A stretch of 64,000 nt of DNA. Origin: Chrysomallon squamiferum (taxonomy: Eukaryota > Animalia > Mollusca). Position numbers and translations under genes: made by a program. The stretch lies in NCBI GenBank assembly GCA_012295275.1, contig CM022671.1, positions 35,650,001 through 35,714,000 on the forward strand, written 5' to 3'. The notes under the pieces were generated by a model. That model was not told where the DNA came from and made no database searches. It saw only the letters and a program-made list of their open reading frames with translations. This document shows, piece by piece, positions 42,282 through 57,399 of this stretch (its first letter is position 1; every line of letters begins with the position of its first letter).

Positions 42282-44915
42282 TCCTTTAATATGTTTAATA
42301 GGATTGTCTCAAGAAAACCTTTGAAATCTTCTTATTGTAATTTATTACTACATTTATATTGATTATATTGTATTGCTATTCATATAAAAGTCTTTGTTGC
42401 ATAATGTTTAATTTTTTTATATAATTTAACTTAACACTTTAATGTATGATTTTTTTACTTTGTATATAGATTTTATCCTGATTATTATGAAGAAATAAAG
42501 AAGCCAATGTCACTTTTCAATATAAGGAAGAAACTGAAGGTAAAATGTTTTATGCAGTTTTTGAATATGTGTTTAAAAGTTTTGTAAATAATTAAAATTG
42601 ATCATTATATACGTCACTATAATTAATTTTTTTTTATATACATTTAAAATCCATTTAAGTATGATTTCTTTGTAGATGGAAAAAATATATGAAGATTATA
42701 ATTTAAAAATTAGCAAGTAGTTTGTGTAAATAAATATGTGTATGTGTTTGTGTATATAAATTTGTGTGTGTAAGTTTGTGTGTCTGTTTATGTATTTTTG
42801 CTTGTATAAGTTTTTAAATAAATGTAATATGTTTGTTGTTTTGTTATATAAAAGAAAATGTTTATTTAAATTTCAGCATAACCGCTACAGTTGTCTGGCA
42901 GACATTGTAGTTGACATGAATCAGGTGTTTGACAATGCAAAACAGTACAACCAGGATGGATCCAAGATCTACAAGGTAAGCTGACTTTGTCACCTTGTTT
43001 GTCTGTCTGTCAGTCGTACAAGTTCATGTGTGTACACTATTACCAATGCAAGGCATTTTTTATTTTAAGAATTGAATTATGATTAATTAATGAGAATACT
43101 TAATTATCTGTGTAATTAATATTTTCAGGATACCATATTACTGCGTAAAATTATGTTGGACAAGAAACGAGAACTAGAAAAAGCAGAAAACAGGGTGAGT
43201 CCATTGTTAATTACAACATTAAATTTTAGTTTTTCTGTCTTGGTTTGTATCTTTGGTTTCGGAAGCTTATTTTGTTCGTATTGTAAATTGTTGATTATAA
43301 TACTTTAATGAAGGTGATGGCACATACATCTCTGTCAGTAAATGTTTTCCTTGGGAATGTCTTTTTTTTTTTTTTTTTTTTTAAAGACATAATTTATTGT
43401 CAAACAGTATTATTTTATGTTTCTCTGTGAACAGTTTTGTGTGAAGTGTGGGGATTTATAAAGATTTAGAAGTGAGGGATACAGGTTTATGTTAATTATG
43501 TATTGCTTGCCAGGGAGTGACAAGCGATGAACAAACATCCAATTTAGACCCATCACAAACTCTGGTGAGTAGAGAAAGAAAACCTTCAAACCAGCAGAAT
43601 TAGTGAGTTATTATTTTTAAAACACTCAAAGGTAGATAACTACAGCAGGGGAGATAACGTCTTAGAGCTTCCACATTTTCATCTTTTTTCTTTTTATAAA
43701 TATATAACATTTAATGGGGGAAATGACAGAAATACGTTAGACTGCTTTTATCATTTTGCCCATTATTTCTTATTTTAATAACAAAATTCTTGATTTAAAA
43801 TGTATCATTAGCTAGTTCATGAGGTAATTTATGGTTCAGCTTAATTGCTTTTACTTCTGTTTTAATCTGGAATTGTCTCTCATGTGTTTAATTATTATTT
43901 AATCTAACAAAAGAAAAAAAATAACTTCAAAAGTTTTGCTATCTGAAATTTAGTATGTATTCAGTATATTTTCTATTTTAAAATTTAATCATATTATTAT
44001 TATTATTTTTATTATATTTTTTGATAAAAAAAATGTTCATTGGGTAGTTCTGGTTATTGATTTGGCACGTGGCATTCTGAGAAAGTAGTGTGAGCTATGT
44101 GCTCATTTTATAAATAAAACAATAAAAATGTTTTTAAATACAAACATTTACATTACATCTTTAGTAATATACATCTTCTTTTTTTCTTTTTAATAATAAT
44201 AATAATAAAATATTATTTTAACATGTATTAGATTGTCCTTCCTGATTATCCAGTGACGTGTAAATCAAATTTTGTGTTTATACAGTGAGGTTTAAAATTT
44301 CTCATTTTTGTAAAGTACATTTTGTATCTAAGTATCATTAACATACACAGTACTAGTCATAAATACACTGCTGAAACAGTTTCATTTTCACTTTCAATCA
44401 TCATCACTGTTTTATTTTGTCAAGCTTAAAATAACCTAAAGTTATCTTTTAATAATTAATAGTATTAGATTATTTACACTCTATTATTTATTCAGAACTC
44501 TGTTTCCTGTATATATTATCTTGATCAAATTAATGTAAAATTGAAAAAAAAAAAAGGATTTATGAGCAAAAAATTGTGAAAGACTAATTAATTTACTCAG
44601 TTTCTTGAGGTGATTTATTCTGAGGTCAGATAGTGTTTTATTTATAAACCTGACTTATCTTTGAAATTAAGTAAGTAGTGAAAGGATAGATTTAAAAATA
44701 TATATATATACTTAGTAAATATACAGTGCTGAAAAGGAACTAAAAGGGTAATTAAAATTGAAAAACCTGTGTTAATAGTTACTTTAAATAAACAGATACA
44801 TTTTTATTTGTGTCTTGTGATTATCAGAAATATATACACGTTAAATAAATAGATTTTATAGTCCATTTTAGTAAAATGTTATTAATTAAAACAGTATCTT
44901 TTTATATGTTGGTGT

Positions 44916-44947
<32 letters not shown>

Positions 44948-47900
44948 CTTTTATTCATTTTGTTTGTAGTCATGTACACATTTTCAATGGATTTTATCTT
45001 CTTTTTTTGTTTGTTTCACTAGAAACTGTTTGATGAAGAACATACACCAAAAAGTAAAAGTCGACGAAGTATGCCAATCTCTGAGAGTGAGAAAAAACGA
45101 AAACGTTCTCCAGAAGAAACTCTGAAGAGAAGACTTGGAGCTCTGTACAAATCTGTCTATGAATACACAGTATGTATAAACTTTTAGCATTAAATAATAG
45201 ATGTTTTTACAAATCTATGAATATACATTGTGTGTAAACTTTTAGTGTTAAATAATAGATGTTTTTACAAATCTGTCTATGAATACACAGTGTATATAAA
45301 CTTTTTGTGTTAAATAATAGATGTTTTTACAAATCTGTCTATGAATAGACAATGTGTATAAATGTTTAGTGTTAAATAATAGATGTTTTTACAAATCTGT
45401 CTATGAATATACAGTGTGTATAAACTTTTAGTGTTAACTAATAGATATTTTTACAAATCTGTCTATGAATATACAGTACGTATACACTTTCAGTATTAAA
45501 TAACATGTTTTTACAAATCTGTCTATGAATATACAGTACGTATAATCTTTTAGTGTTAAATAATAGATGTTTTTACAAATCTTTGAATATACAGTGTGTA
45601 TAAACTTTCAGTGTTAAATAATAGATATTTTTACAAATCTTTCTATGAATACACAGTGTGTTTAAACTTTTAGTATTAAATAATAGATGTTTTTACAAAT
45701 CTATGAATATACAGTATGTATAAACTTTAAGTGTTAAATAATAGATGTTTTTACAAATCTGTCTATGAATACACAGTGTATATAAACTTTTTGTGTTAAA
45801 TAATAGATATCTATGAATAGACAGTATGTATAAACTTTTGTGTTAAATAATAAATGTTTTTACAAATCTGTCTATGTACAACATGTAATCTTCAGTGTTT
45901 TTGAACAACAGGATGTTTTTATTAAATTTTTTATGAATATACAGTATATACAAACATCTGGTCTGGTTTTGTTGAACATAAAGAACTGAATAATGGGATA
46001 TCTTTGTTAATATATTTATAAATGTACAAATGTTTGGACTGTTTTGGCATGCAGCTGATAATAATTGTTTGGTGTATAACAATTTAGATTTTTTTCTCTT
46101 ATTTCAAAGATCACTAAAGATTAGTAGTTGAAAACTGTCATAAACCATAAAATACCACTTAGAAGAAACTGGCTTTTCTTATTATATGTGTTATAATAAT
46201 GAGACAGTATCTTGTTTAACACATAACAATGATTAACATTAAGCTGTTGAAGTGATATTAAACTCTTTTTTTTTCTATGAGTGATTTTACTCAGGAATTA
46301 CATTAAATATTTAAAAGTGAACTGTTAATACAAAGTTTTAAACACTATTTACAGGAGCCAGGGACTGGGAGGTTTCTACGTCAGATCTTCATGGAGCTGC
46401 CATCTCGGAAGGACTACCCCGACTACTACCGCGTCATTCTCGAACCCATTGACATGACAATGATAGAGAACAAAATAAAATGTGAAAAGGTAGAAATCAG
46501 TGACAGTAACATTTCCATATTCCTCTGAACCTTATTAATCACTTTATACTGAAAAAAAAAAAAAAAAAAAAAATCTGTTTCTTATATCTCTAAATTTTGT
46601 TTTGAGATAAAATTAAACAGATGTTTTTAAGGATCTTTCTAAAATTTTTTAGTTATTATTTTGAATGTTTATTCTGTTTGATGGTTATTTCAGTACCCTA
46701 ATGAGATTTCCCTGCTGAATGACTTTGATCTGATGTTTAACAATGCTCGGCACTACAATGAGGAAGGGTCTCTCGTCTATCAGGATGCTAATCAACTGGA
46801 TCGCGTTCTCAAGAGTAAATGGAGAAGTATAAACCAGATCCCAGCACCTCGGTCTTCCAGCAAGAGGTAAATAAATACTTCTCTTTCACTCTAACTTGTG
46901 TTTGTCATCTAAAAAACACTTGAATGTACAGCTGAAATGTGTTTTATATACTTCAGAATTGGTGTTTTGTTAATAACTTCTTTAAGTGTACTTGTTTCAT
47001 GCTGGCAAATACAAATGGCTCTTTTCTTTATTCCGTTACAAGATCTTTTATTATTAATAAAGTATGCCAGTTACATAACAAGCTTTTCAAGAAGTCCTTT
47101 TGTTCATCAGACTTTATGATTAGTGTAGAAATGAAAAATAATATATATTTTTGTTTTTAAAATAATATATAGACCTTTATTCTTAGTAAATAAAATTAAG
47201 GTTCAAAATATATTTGAAGCTACCCGTATGTATGCATGCATACACACACACCCAGACAGCCACACACACATTTCTTTTTCTATTGTTTTATTTTTTTTTT
47301 TTAATTATAATTTATTTTTTTTTTTTTGACAGTCGAAACAGAACGAAGGCCTCATCTCCTCTGTCTCAGAAACTACAGGATCTCTTTGAGTCAATTCGTG
47401 ACTACCACGACAAATCTGGGCGTGTCCTGTCTCCGCCTTTTCTCAAACTACCTCTCAAAAGTGTGAGTTTATATCATTTTATTATTTGTACAACAAAGAC
47501 TGAGGTACTGTAAATAAATATTTCATAGTTATGAATCCATATTTTATCAAATTTTAAAAATAATAAAATAAAGCAGAATGAAAAAGATGTATCTGAGATT
47601 GTTCTGATTACAATGAATTAATGCACATCTTTTTAAAAACATAAACAGTAACAACTACAACAATAAACTAATAAATGACAATAAGATAAATAGCTGACAA
47701 TGTTGATAATCCAGGATTATCCTGACTATTATGAGATAATCAAGCGGCCGATGGACATGCAGAGAATACAGCAGCGTATGACAGGACCACATCAGTATGA
47801 GAGCATTGAAGACATGGTGGCCGACTTCGTGCAGATGTTTGACAACGCCTGCAAGTACAACGAACCAGACTCACTTATCTATAAAGTAAGCAAACCATTT

Positions 47901-50900
47901 GATGTTTAAAGAAAGCCTTGCTACTGTCTCTTAGTGTTTTGTAGGATTAGATTTAATCTGTTTTAGGATTGATCACAGATATAAAAAGATACAATTATCT
48001 CATTTTTCATCAGTTATACAGAATTAAATAGAAGACAGAATAAAAACAAAATTGAAATGCCCATCATTATTAATGAAGGGACGAAAGATATATATTTTGA
48101 AATTAGATTGTTTTAGATATTGTTATAGAGAAATGTAACAAGAGATGTAACTGTGTTGTGTGTTTAGGATGCACTGACTCTGCAGAGACTGTGTTTAGAG
48201 AAGAAGATGGAGCTGACGTCAGATGGGTCTAATGAGGTTCCTGATGTCAGAGCGTTAGTGCAGGAACTGATGACAAATCTGTTTATATCTGTTTACAATC
48301 ACCAGGTGAGAGTTTGCTTATTTTTGTACCAGGTGAAAATTTACTTACATATATATAGGCAGTGGTCTGTAGATAGATTTCTCATTGTTTTGTTTTGTTT
48401 TGTTTTGTATATAGGCAGTGTTCTGTAGATAGATTTCTCATTGTTTTGTTTTGTTTTGTTTTGTTTTGTCTTGTCTTGTCTTGTCTTGTCTTGTCTTGTC
48501 TTGTCTTGTCTTGTCTTGTCTTGTCTTGTCTTGTCTTGTTTTGTTTTGTTTTGTTTTGTTTTGTTTTGTTTTGTTTTGTTTTGTTTTGTTTTGTTTTGTT
48601 TTGCTTTGTTTTGTTTTATTTTATTAAAAAATTTTAAGTTATATTTCAGTACATTACATTAGATCATATTATATTGTTGTATTATATTGTCAGGATGAAG
48701 AAGGTAGATGTTACAGCGATTCGTTTGGTGAGCTAGTGGAGATGGAGGCACAGGCTGCTGTAGATGCTGGAGGTGTCCCAGTCCCGTGAGTAGTTTTACA
48801 TCATCAACACATCACACTTCATCATTCACAACATCACCGTTTTATAGTCCATTCAGTAGATAAAACATTTCCTTCACTCCAGTATCAAGAAAAGAAGCTG
48901 TATGTTAAGAGATATGAATACTGAATGAACAGATTGTTACGTTTATTTATTTATTTATTTTTTCTTACAGGAAACCACCAAAGTTTGATCAGATTAGAAG
49001 AAATCTTGACAAGGTATGGTACAGTTTGAAAATGAAATATGTCACATTCTCTCATGTTTATTGTTTATCTTTTTATTTTTATTTTTTTAAAGTAATATTT
49101 CATAATAAATAAGGTAACTGATCATATAAAGTTTATTATTTTTCTGGAATTGATAGCTGACTGTTTGGAGTTTTGTTGGCTGACCCATCAGACTTTTTAT
49201 CACCTTTGCATTCAGCCAAAAATCTGTTTTACAATTTTTTTTTTTTTTTTCAGGGAAGATATAGAAGAATAGACAGATTCCAGGAAGATATGTTCAAAGT
49301 GTTTGAACATGCCAGAAATCTGAGTCGAACTGACTCCCAGGTAGATACAAGTTTCATAAATTTAATTTAAAAACAGGTGAGATATTAGTTGTAATAAAGT
49401 TTCATGTTTTTTAGCTGAGATTGGTAAAACATTCAGTAAAAAATGTACTGAAATGACTCATCAATATTAAAAAGGAAATTGTGAAGCGCTTTCAGGAGCT
49501 GGAAATCATTTTAAATAAACTGTATCTGCAGAGGTAACCTGAGCTGTAGCATGTGCCAGGAGAAGAATTATAAAAGAAAATAGGAAAGTAACATTTTTAA
49601 AATTTTGTTTTCAGCTGTATGAGGACTCAATTGACATGCAAATGTTCTTCATCAAAATCCGAGACGAGCTGTGTAAGAACGGAGAGATGGTTTTGACTCC
49701 AGCACTGAGCTACACAGAGCGCCACCTGGAGGAGGCTCTGGAAGTAACAAAGCGAGAAAAACTGATCCAGGAGCAGAGGGAAGATGAAGAGAAAAGACTG
49801 AAAGGTGAAACTGAAGACAAAATTGAAGATTTGTCAGTAAGTAACTGTTTTGTCTCATGTATTTCCAGTATCTGCTGATTAATATTTTTATATATGTGTA
49901 TGTGTAAACCCAGTATTTACAGTTATTTATTTATTTGTTTGCATGGCTATCACTTTGTGAATGTATGTATTTTCTTTTTGCTGATTATATATGAGTATAG
50001 GTAGATATCTTTTTAAAGTATAAATTAAACAAATGTTTTGTTTAGGGAGCTGAAACAAGAGAACACAGTGTAGTGTTTAAAGGACAGGAATATTCCATTG
50101 GTGACTTTGTGTATGTTGAACCTAGGTGAGTTACTTTTCAGTTTTTTTTATATTCCTTGCTGTTATTTGTATTTTGTTTCTTCTCATAACTTGTAATATA
50201 AACTTACAACAAGATTATTTATTAAAGTAATTTATTTACAAATAAATAAATAAATAAATATATATATGTGTGTGTGTGTGTGTATCTATATATATATATA
50301 AAGATAAAAGTGATAAATAAATAAATAAATGAACACTTCTACTGTGTTGTACTGATGCTAATAAAAGCCAGTGGTTACTAATTAAAACATCTGACTGTTA
50401 CTGCAGAGAGACAGGACTTCAACCACACATCATGTTGATAGAGAAGTTTTTCATAGACAATGCTGGCATTCAGAGCATGCAGGGAAACTGGTTCTACAGG
50501 CCAAACGAAACCTATCACCTAGCAACCAGAAAATTCTTGGAAAAGGTCAGTTTCTTATGTATCAAGAGTTATTTCCCTTTTTTGTTGTAGATGTTGTGGA
50601 TGTTGATAGTGTTAATGTTGTTATTGTTATTAAATCAGAAAACATATAGGGAAATATTATTATAAAACCTTTTCTTTATCTCAAAATTATTTCTTTGACA
50701 ATTTTTGCAATTTGAAATCCTGTAAAAGGAGTTATTTCCCTTGGTAATTTATTTAATTATTTTTCTTTCTTTTTTTTCTTTTACTAAATCAAAATAATTT
50801 GTTAGTGTACTTTATTTATTAAAAAAAAACAGAATATGTACATGTTTTAAAAATGAAAGTTCTATATTTATAAATATTTATTCTCTATTTTATAAGTAAA

Positions 50901-53900
50901 GTGTTTGGTATACTTGTGTTTAAAAACTAAAAGTAACAAGTTGTGTTTTTAGGAAGTGTTTAAAAGTGAGAGTGTCACCACAATAGCCTTGTCACAGATC
51001 ATTGGTCGTTGTCATGTGATGTTTGTAAAAGACTACTTCAAAATGAAACCTGAAGTAAGATTCCCAAATACTATATTTTTATATAAGTGTGTTTGTGTGT
51101 GTGTGTGTGTGTTGTTATTAAAATAATTTTTTTGATTCCAAAGTATTATCTTTTAATATGTGTTGGTGTGTGTGTGTGTGCGTGTGTGTGTGTGAGAGAG
51201 AGAGAGAGTGTATATTTTATTGTAATAAATTTAGTTTTAAAGAGAAAAGTTAAGGAGATGTTCTTTACTGAAGAATTTTATTTGTTAATGTATATATATG
51301 TATGTATATAGAAGAAAAATATCACCAATAATACATTGTTTTGATGTTACTGTTATTTTCTTTCTTCATATTCTTTTAGTTAAGTTGATGTTGTAAATAT
51401 AATCATGTTATTCATTGTTGATGATGATATTTTTTTTCAGGGAGTACCTGACAAGGATGTGTTTGTCTGTGAGTCCAGGTATCATGCCAAACACAAATGC
51501 TTCAAGAAAATAAAGGTAACAAAATAATGGAAGAAACACAATAATAAATTTCTGTTTTTAAAGTGATCACATTTTCTTTAAATCTGAATTGTTAGTGCAG
51601 CTGATTCTTAATCATTTATTATAATTAAAAATAATATATCCTTATTTATTGTTATATTGTTCACATTATTATTTCATTTGTAAATTTGTTTCATTCAACC
51701 ATAAATAAACAAAAATAACACATCTACACAATTTTTACAATGGTTGTTTGTATTTTTTAAATGTAATTTTTATAACATTTTATAAAATTAGTATTTATGA
51801 ACACCAATTTAGAAAGGTAAGACTGTATGTATGATTATTTAAATTTTCTAAATATGTTATTTTAGCTAATTTATATTTTTTTAACAAGGTGTGGACAACA
51901 GTAAAGAATGACAAGATAAAACTTGTAGCACGGGACACTCCACTGTCACAGGTTCGAGTGGCGTCAGTGTTTGCTGACAAAACAGCCTTCGACGCTGTTG
52001 ACGAAGATGACGGTCAGACCAGTATACTGGATAAAACTCGCAGTGTGAGAATATTTACACTACATTTTTTATCACAGAGTTTTAATACTGTCATAGATAA
52101 TATGATTGTAATTTTCTCAGCTGACTTAGAAATAATACAACTCTTGGCAGAAAATTTAAAGCCTATCATAATATTGCAAAATAATATATGAAGATTTCCA
52201 GTTTTCTTTCTTGCTGGCTGGCTGCCATAATTAATAAATATTAATATTGAAAATATTCTGAATTTGTGTTTTAGCTATCATTTGAATACCAGTTTGCAAA
52301 ACTATTATTGTCATAATTGTGAACTAAACTGTTTCATTGTTTTATTTTTGTACTTTTTTATATTTTTATTGAAAGACACTGTTGTTTTATTTTAGTTTGT
52401 TTTTCTTTTTTTTTTTTTTTTCTTTTATTTTCTTTTATTTTTCTGTTGAAGGATATTTTTATTTTACTTTGTTTATCTTCTTTTTAATTTTAACTTTTTT
52501 GTTTTTATTATAGGATGCTTTTCACTACTTTTTATTTTTGTTTCTTTATCTTGCTTTTAATCTTTGTTTGTTTTTTGTATTTTTTATTTTAGTTTGCTTT
52601 TCTTGGGGTTTTTTTAGGTTTTTTTTTGTTTTTTGTTTTTTAATTTGTTTTTCTTGTTTTTTAATTTGTTTCTCTTGTTACAGACTGTACTAAGTGAACA
52701 GACTCCAGAAGACAACAATGTGTATTATGAGCAGTATGTTGGACCTAATGGGTGTTTTAAACTGGGTAAACTTGTTTTCTTTTACTCTAACATAAATTAC
52801 ACATTATTTTTAACAAAACCAAGTTACATCTACAATTTTTAACCTTTCATTAGAAAAAGAAAAGCATCTCGATTCAGACTGAAGTAATTTTAAACTGACA
52901 GTTAATTCCTGATAAACTTTAACTCATTTTCAAAAACAAATGTTAAAATTTTCTTTTTCAGTAATTCAAGCTTCAGATATAGACTGAAACGGTAGAGAAG
53001 TTATTGTAAATGTTTAAAATGGATCAAATTTTCTTATAATTTATTGTGCTGCAGGTGATTTTGTGTACTTGCGATCTAACCAAGAAAGACCTCTTCTTGC
53101 CCGCATTGATAAACTGTGGACAACTCCAAGGTATAAATTACTGTTATAACAAAAATCTTGTAGTAAGATTATTACATCTATGTGTTGTTAGAATATTGCT
53201 TTATCATGTTTTTTTTTTTTTAATATTGCAGTGTTAAACCTTGTTAAACAAAAAACATGTCTTTTGTTTTCTTTATCTCATCCAATTAAACTACTCATTT
53301 CAAGTTTAACTTATTTCCCTTGAATAAATAAATGTTTGGCAGTGTTTTGAAATTTTATTTTTTTTATGAAAAAAAGCATTTAAAATAGTTTTTTAACATA
53401 GGATTCAGGACTTTTGGAATACATTTTTAAAAGTTTATATTTGATAAATAGCAGTATACCCTGTAATATTATAAATCTACGTATTTGATAAATTGAAGTA
53501 TTACATGAATATTATAAGTATGTATAGAAATAAGATAAATAGAATTATATCCTGTATTTTATGTACTCAGTATAGTTATAACTTTTTATGGAGATTTAGC
53601 AAATAGAAATATATCGTGAATGTTACAAACGGAGATAAACAGAGTGAAAAGAAGACTAATAAAAAATGTTTCTTTCTCTCAGTGGTGATGCCTTCTTCTT
53701 TGGTCCATGGTTTGTGCACCCCTCTGAGATCCAGCACTCACCCACCCGCCTGTTCTACAAGAGAGAGGTGTTCCTCAGTTCCATTGAAGACACAAACTCG
53801 CTGATGAGTGTCATAGGAAAATGCAGCATTCTGCACATCAAAGAGTATTGTTCTTGTGAGCAGAAAACTTCTTATTTTCTTAGTTCACTGTGAATTTAGG

Positions 53901-56900
53901 ATTTTTATGTCTTTTTTTTTTTTTTTTCTGATTGTTTTAGTGTTGAATCAGTGTAATAAATTGTGTTTGTGAATAACTGAAATAGTTGAAGCATTGTTGT
54001 TTATTCATATTAAATAATAATACAGCCTTGTAATTTATGTAAGCATAATGTTTTCCATTTTTTTTAACAGATTTTCAAATTAATTCTATGTTGTAAATAA
54101 TTATGGCATCTGTTTTTATCTCTTTATTTCTTTATTTATTCACCTACTTTGTTATTTAGCCAAACATTTGATGTCTAATAATGTTAATAATGAAATTTAT
54201 TGTAATATTGTTCAACAGATATTCATGTGCATGTTAAAAGAATTGTTAATATTAAACTGTGATGTTCTTTAATGCAGCGCGACTGACAGAGTATGCAGAA
54301 CAAGATGTGTACGTGTGTGAGTCTAAGTACATGGAGGCTGAGAAGTCAATTAAAAAACTAGGCAAGGGTCTCAAGGTACAACTGTTGTTTTCTTAATTTT
54401 ATAATATTCCTAATTAAAAGTTTACACTTGTTTTATTTTATGACTAATGTTGATGCAAAGTTTGGAAAAGTATGAATGTAGATGTGTGTGTGTACATGTG
54501 TTGTTTTTCATTGGTGTTGTGTATTTGTGTGTGTATTTGTATTAGTGTGTGGTGGTGGTTTGTATGTTGGTGCATATTTTTGTGTTTGTTGGTAGCTGTG
54601 TATGTTTGTGTTTTGGTATGTATATTGTTTGTTTGTTTTTGTTGGTATTTGTGTGTTGGTATACAGATGTATCTAAGTTAAGAAATAAAAGAAATATATT
54701 TTATATGCTGGGAGTGTTTTTAGATGGATTGTTATTTTTTATTTTCAGAAACATGCACTATCTCCTAAAGTTACTGATGATGAAATTTATTTCTTCAGAA
54801 AATTAATTTCTCCACAAAAGGTAAGTAACAACAACAACAACAACGATAAAGATAATGAAAGTTGATAAAAACAGAATTTTAAAAATATATAATCATGTTT
54901 CATAAGACAAATATTAATTTCATTTTCTTTCTTTTTCAAATTTTTTTTTTTTTTTTTTTTTTTAAAATCATTATGACATGCTATGAAGTTATTTGATTCA
55001 TTTTTAAGGATTTTTAATTAGTGGTTTTAAAACTAATATTAAAAAATGTTCACATCTTAAAATAATCTCTGTTTTGCAAATTTTACTTTTTTCTTTTTTG
55101 TGAAATAAAATGTGTACTGAGGGATATCTTACATAAAGTTTTTATTAAACTTGAACACAGTTTTATTAGGAAATTCATGAAATGGTAGTGTTTAAATTAT
55201 ATACTAACTATATATACTAGATTATATATGAAAAGTAACTAAATACTTACTGTGAATATTAAAACTAAAAAATTATTAAATATTTATAAAGAATATTAAA
55301 ACTTAAATAATGACTGAATACTTATTATGAATATTTAAACTAAAAAATACTGTAACTTGTATTCAAGATGTTATTTTTCCTTCTGTTTCTGAGAGTGTAG
55401 CAGTTTATTATTTTTATTATAGCTGTATGCTAACATTTCTTCTCTGTTATTTACATAAAACTATATTCTCTATTACTCACATCAACAATCTTGTAAGAAA
55501 TAAAGATTTTTGGTAAACCATATGCTTAATCCTCTGTTTATCTTCCATACTTTCATAATGTTCAGATATTTATTTTTCATAGCACTAAGTTCACATTTAC
55601 AGCTGCAAGCAGCTCTACTTAAGATATTTAAAAACAATTTTATTACAGCTATTTTTTCAAATGCCCTTAAACTTAACCCTTTTCTCATTTGAATATAAAA
55701 GTTTCATGAGGTCGACTAAAACCAAAGTTAATATATTTAAGCTGAGAAACATGTACTTTAAAACTTCATAAAAAATAATTTTCTCACATGTGGTTTTAAT
55801 CTTCGTTATGTTCTCAGTTTAGTTTTTATCCATGAAAATAACTTCACAGGTTATTAATACTTTCAAGCTTTTCGCTGTACACAGAAAATGTTAAAAACTT
55901 GATGAGACTTTAAATGTTATCTTTAAATATAAATCTTTCAGCATTAGAAATTCATCATAAAAAAGAGAGAAATTTTACATCAGTTTATTAAAGTATGTAA
56001 ATAGTTAAAAAGTTTGTTGTGAATGGAAACACAGAGATATTTTTAAAAACCCCAGCAAAACACACACACACACACAAAACCCAACCAAACCAAAGAAGAA
56101 AAAAATTTGAATAAAGACGACAAAAAAACAACAAATCTACCTCCCCCTCAAAAAACAACAAAATATTATTGTCATAGCCTGACCTAACGAATAAAAATAA
56201 CACATCAATTATATGTCATAAAATAACTTTTTAAAAATATTAATAATTTAAAAATAATCCTTTTTTTTTTTTTTTTTTTAATGGACAGATTTTTAAATCA
56301 ATTAATATAAGAAACATTTATTATTATTGAAAGAAATTTTTAAAATATTTTCAACAACAATAATTATTGTCATAGTAGAAGCAACATGAGTAATAGTATA
56401 ACAATTTTGTAATTATTGTTCGTTTATTTAATCATTCATTAACTCACTTATTTATTTCATTTCTGTACTTTGGAATATTAATGATAAATATATTCAAGTG
56501 AGGAGATTCAGTTCATTATTTTTCATACTAAATATTTCACTTTCTTGTATCGCACAAATCTTTTTTGCTTGCATTTCAAAATGTTATTAAAACATTTAAA
56601 TTTAGTCGACTGTTTAATTTATTTTTTTTTTTTTTTTTCAGGAGCCTTCTCCTCTGCTGATGAGGACAGCTGATGAACAGTTCACGATGGACATTGAGGA
56701 CTCCCAGGATGGACACACAGACATGGAACACAGCATGAACTTGTCGTATGAAGACTCAATGCCAACACCAGAAGTCAAAACGAAAAAGGTTGGGAAAGTA
56801 AGATACCAGTTGACAGTTCTAAGCATGGCATGATCTGGTGTTGGAATAGGAAAAACAAAATTTTTAATTTTTTTTAAATATTTGCCATGCATTTTTAAAG

Positions 56901-57335
56901 TAATCTTAAACTTTGAATTTATTTTTAAATTTAATTTTATTTATACATGTATCTTCATATCTAGCGTGCTGAGGCTAATTATTTTAATGAATGACTAAGT
57001 TTTAACATCAATATTTAAATATTAATTATGTTATAACAGTCTTCCTGTAGATTACAATACTTACAAACTAAATGGTTACCAACCTTGGCTTTAAGATTGC
57101 ATGCTTTTTCTTATTACTTATATTTTATTAAATTGATCAAATGACATTTTTTTTTGAGACATAATTAATCTGGATTAGGCATGTCCTACAGTAATTTAAT
57201 GAAGATTAACAAAATAATAAGATCATCAACATTTTCGTGATCATCATATAATTAACAACAGGAGCAACAATGAAATAATGCTAAGAAATGAGTCAATAAT
57301 ATATAATGTATTAATGATAAAGAAAAAACAGCCTC

Positions 57336-57399
<64 letters not shown>

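Noticed and set aside
48395-48662. Cys/Leu/Val-rich ORFs
   Set aside because: Translations of pentanucleotide microsatellites.
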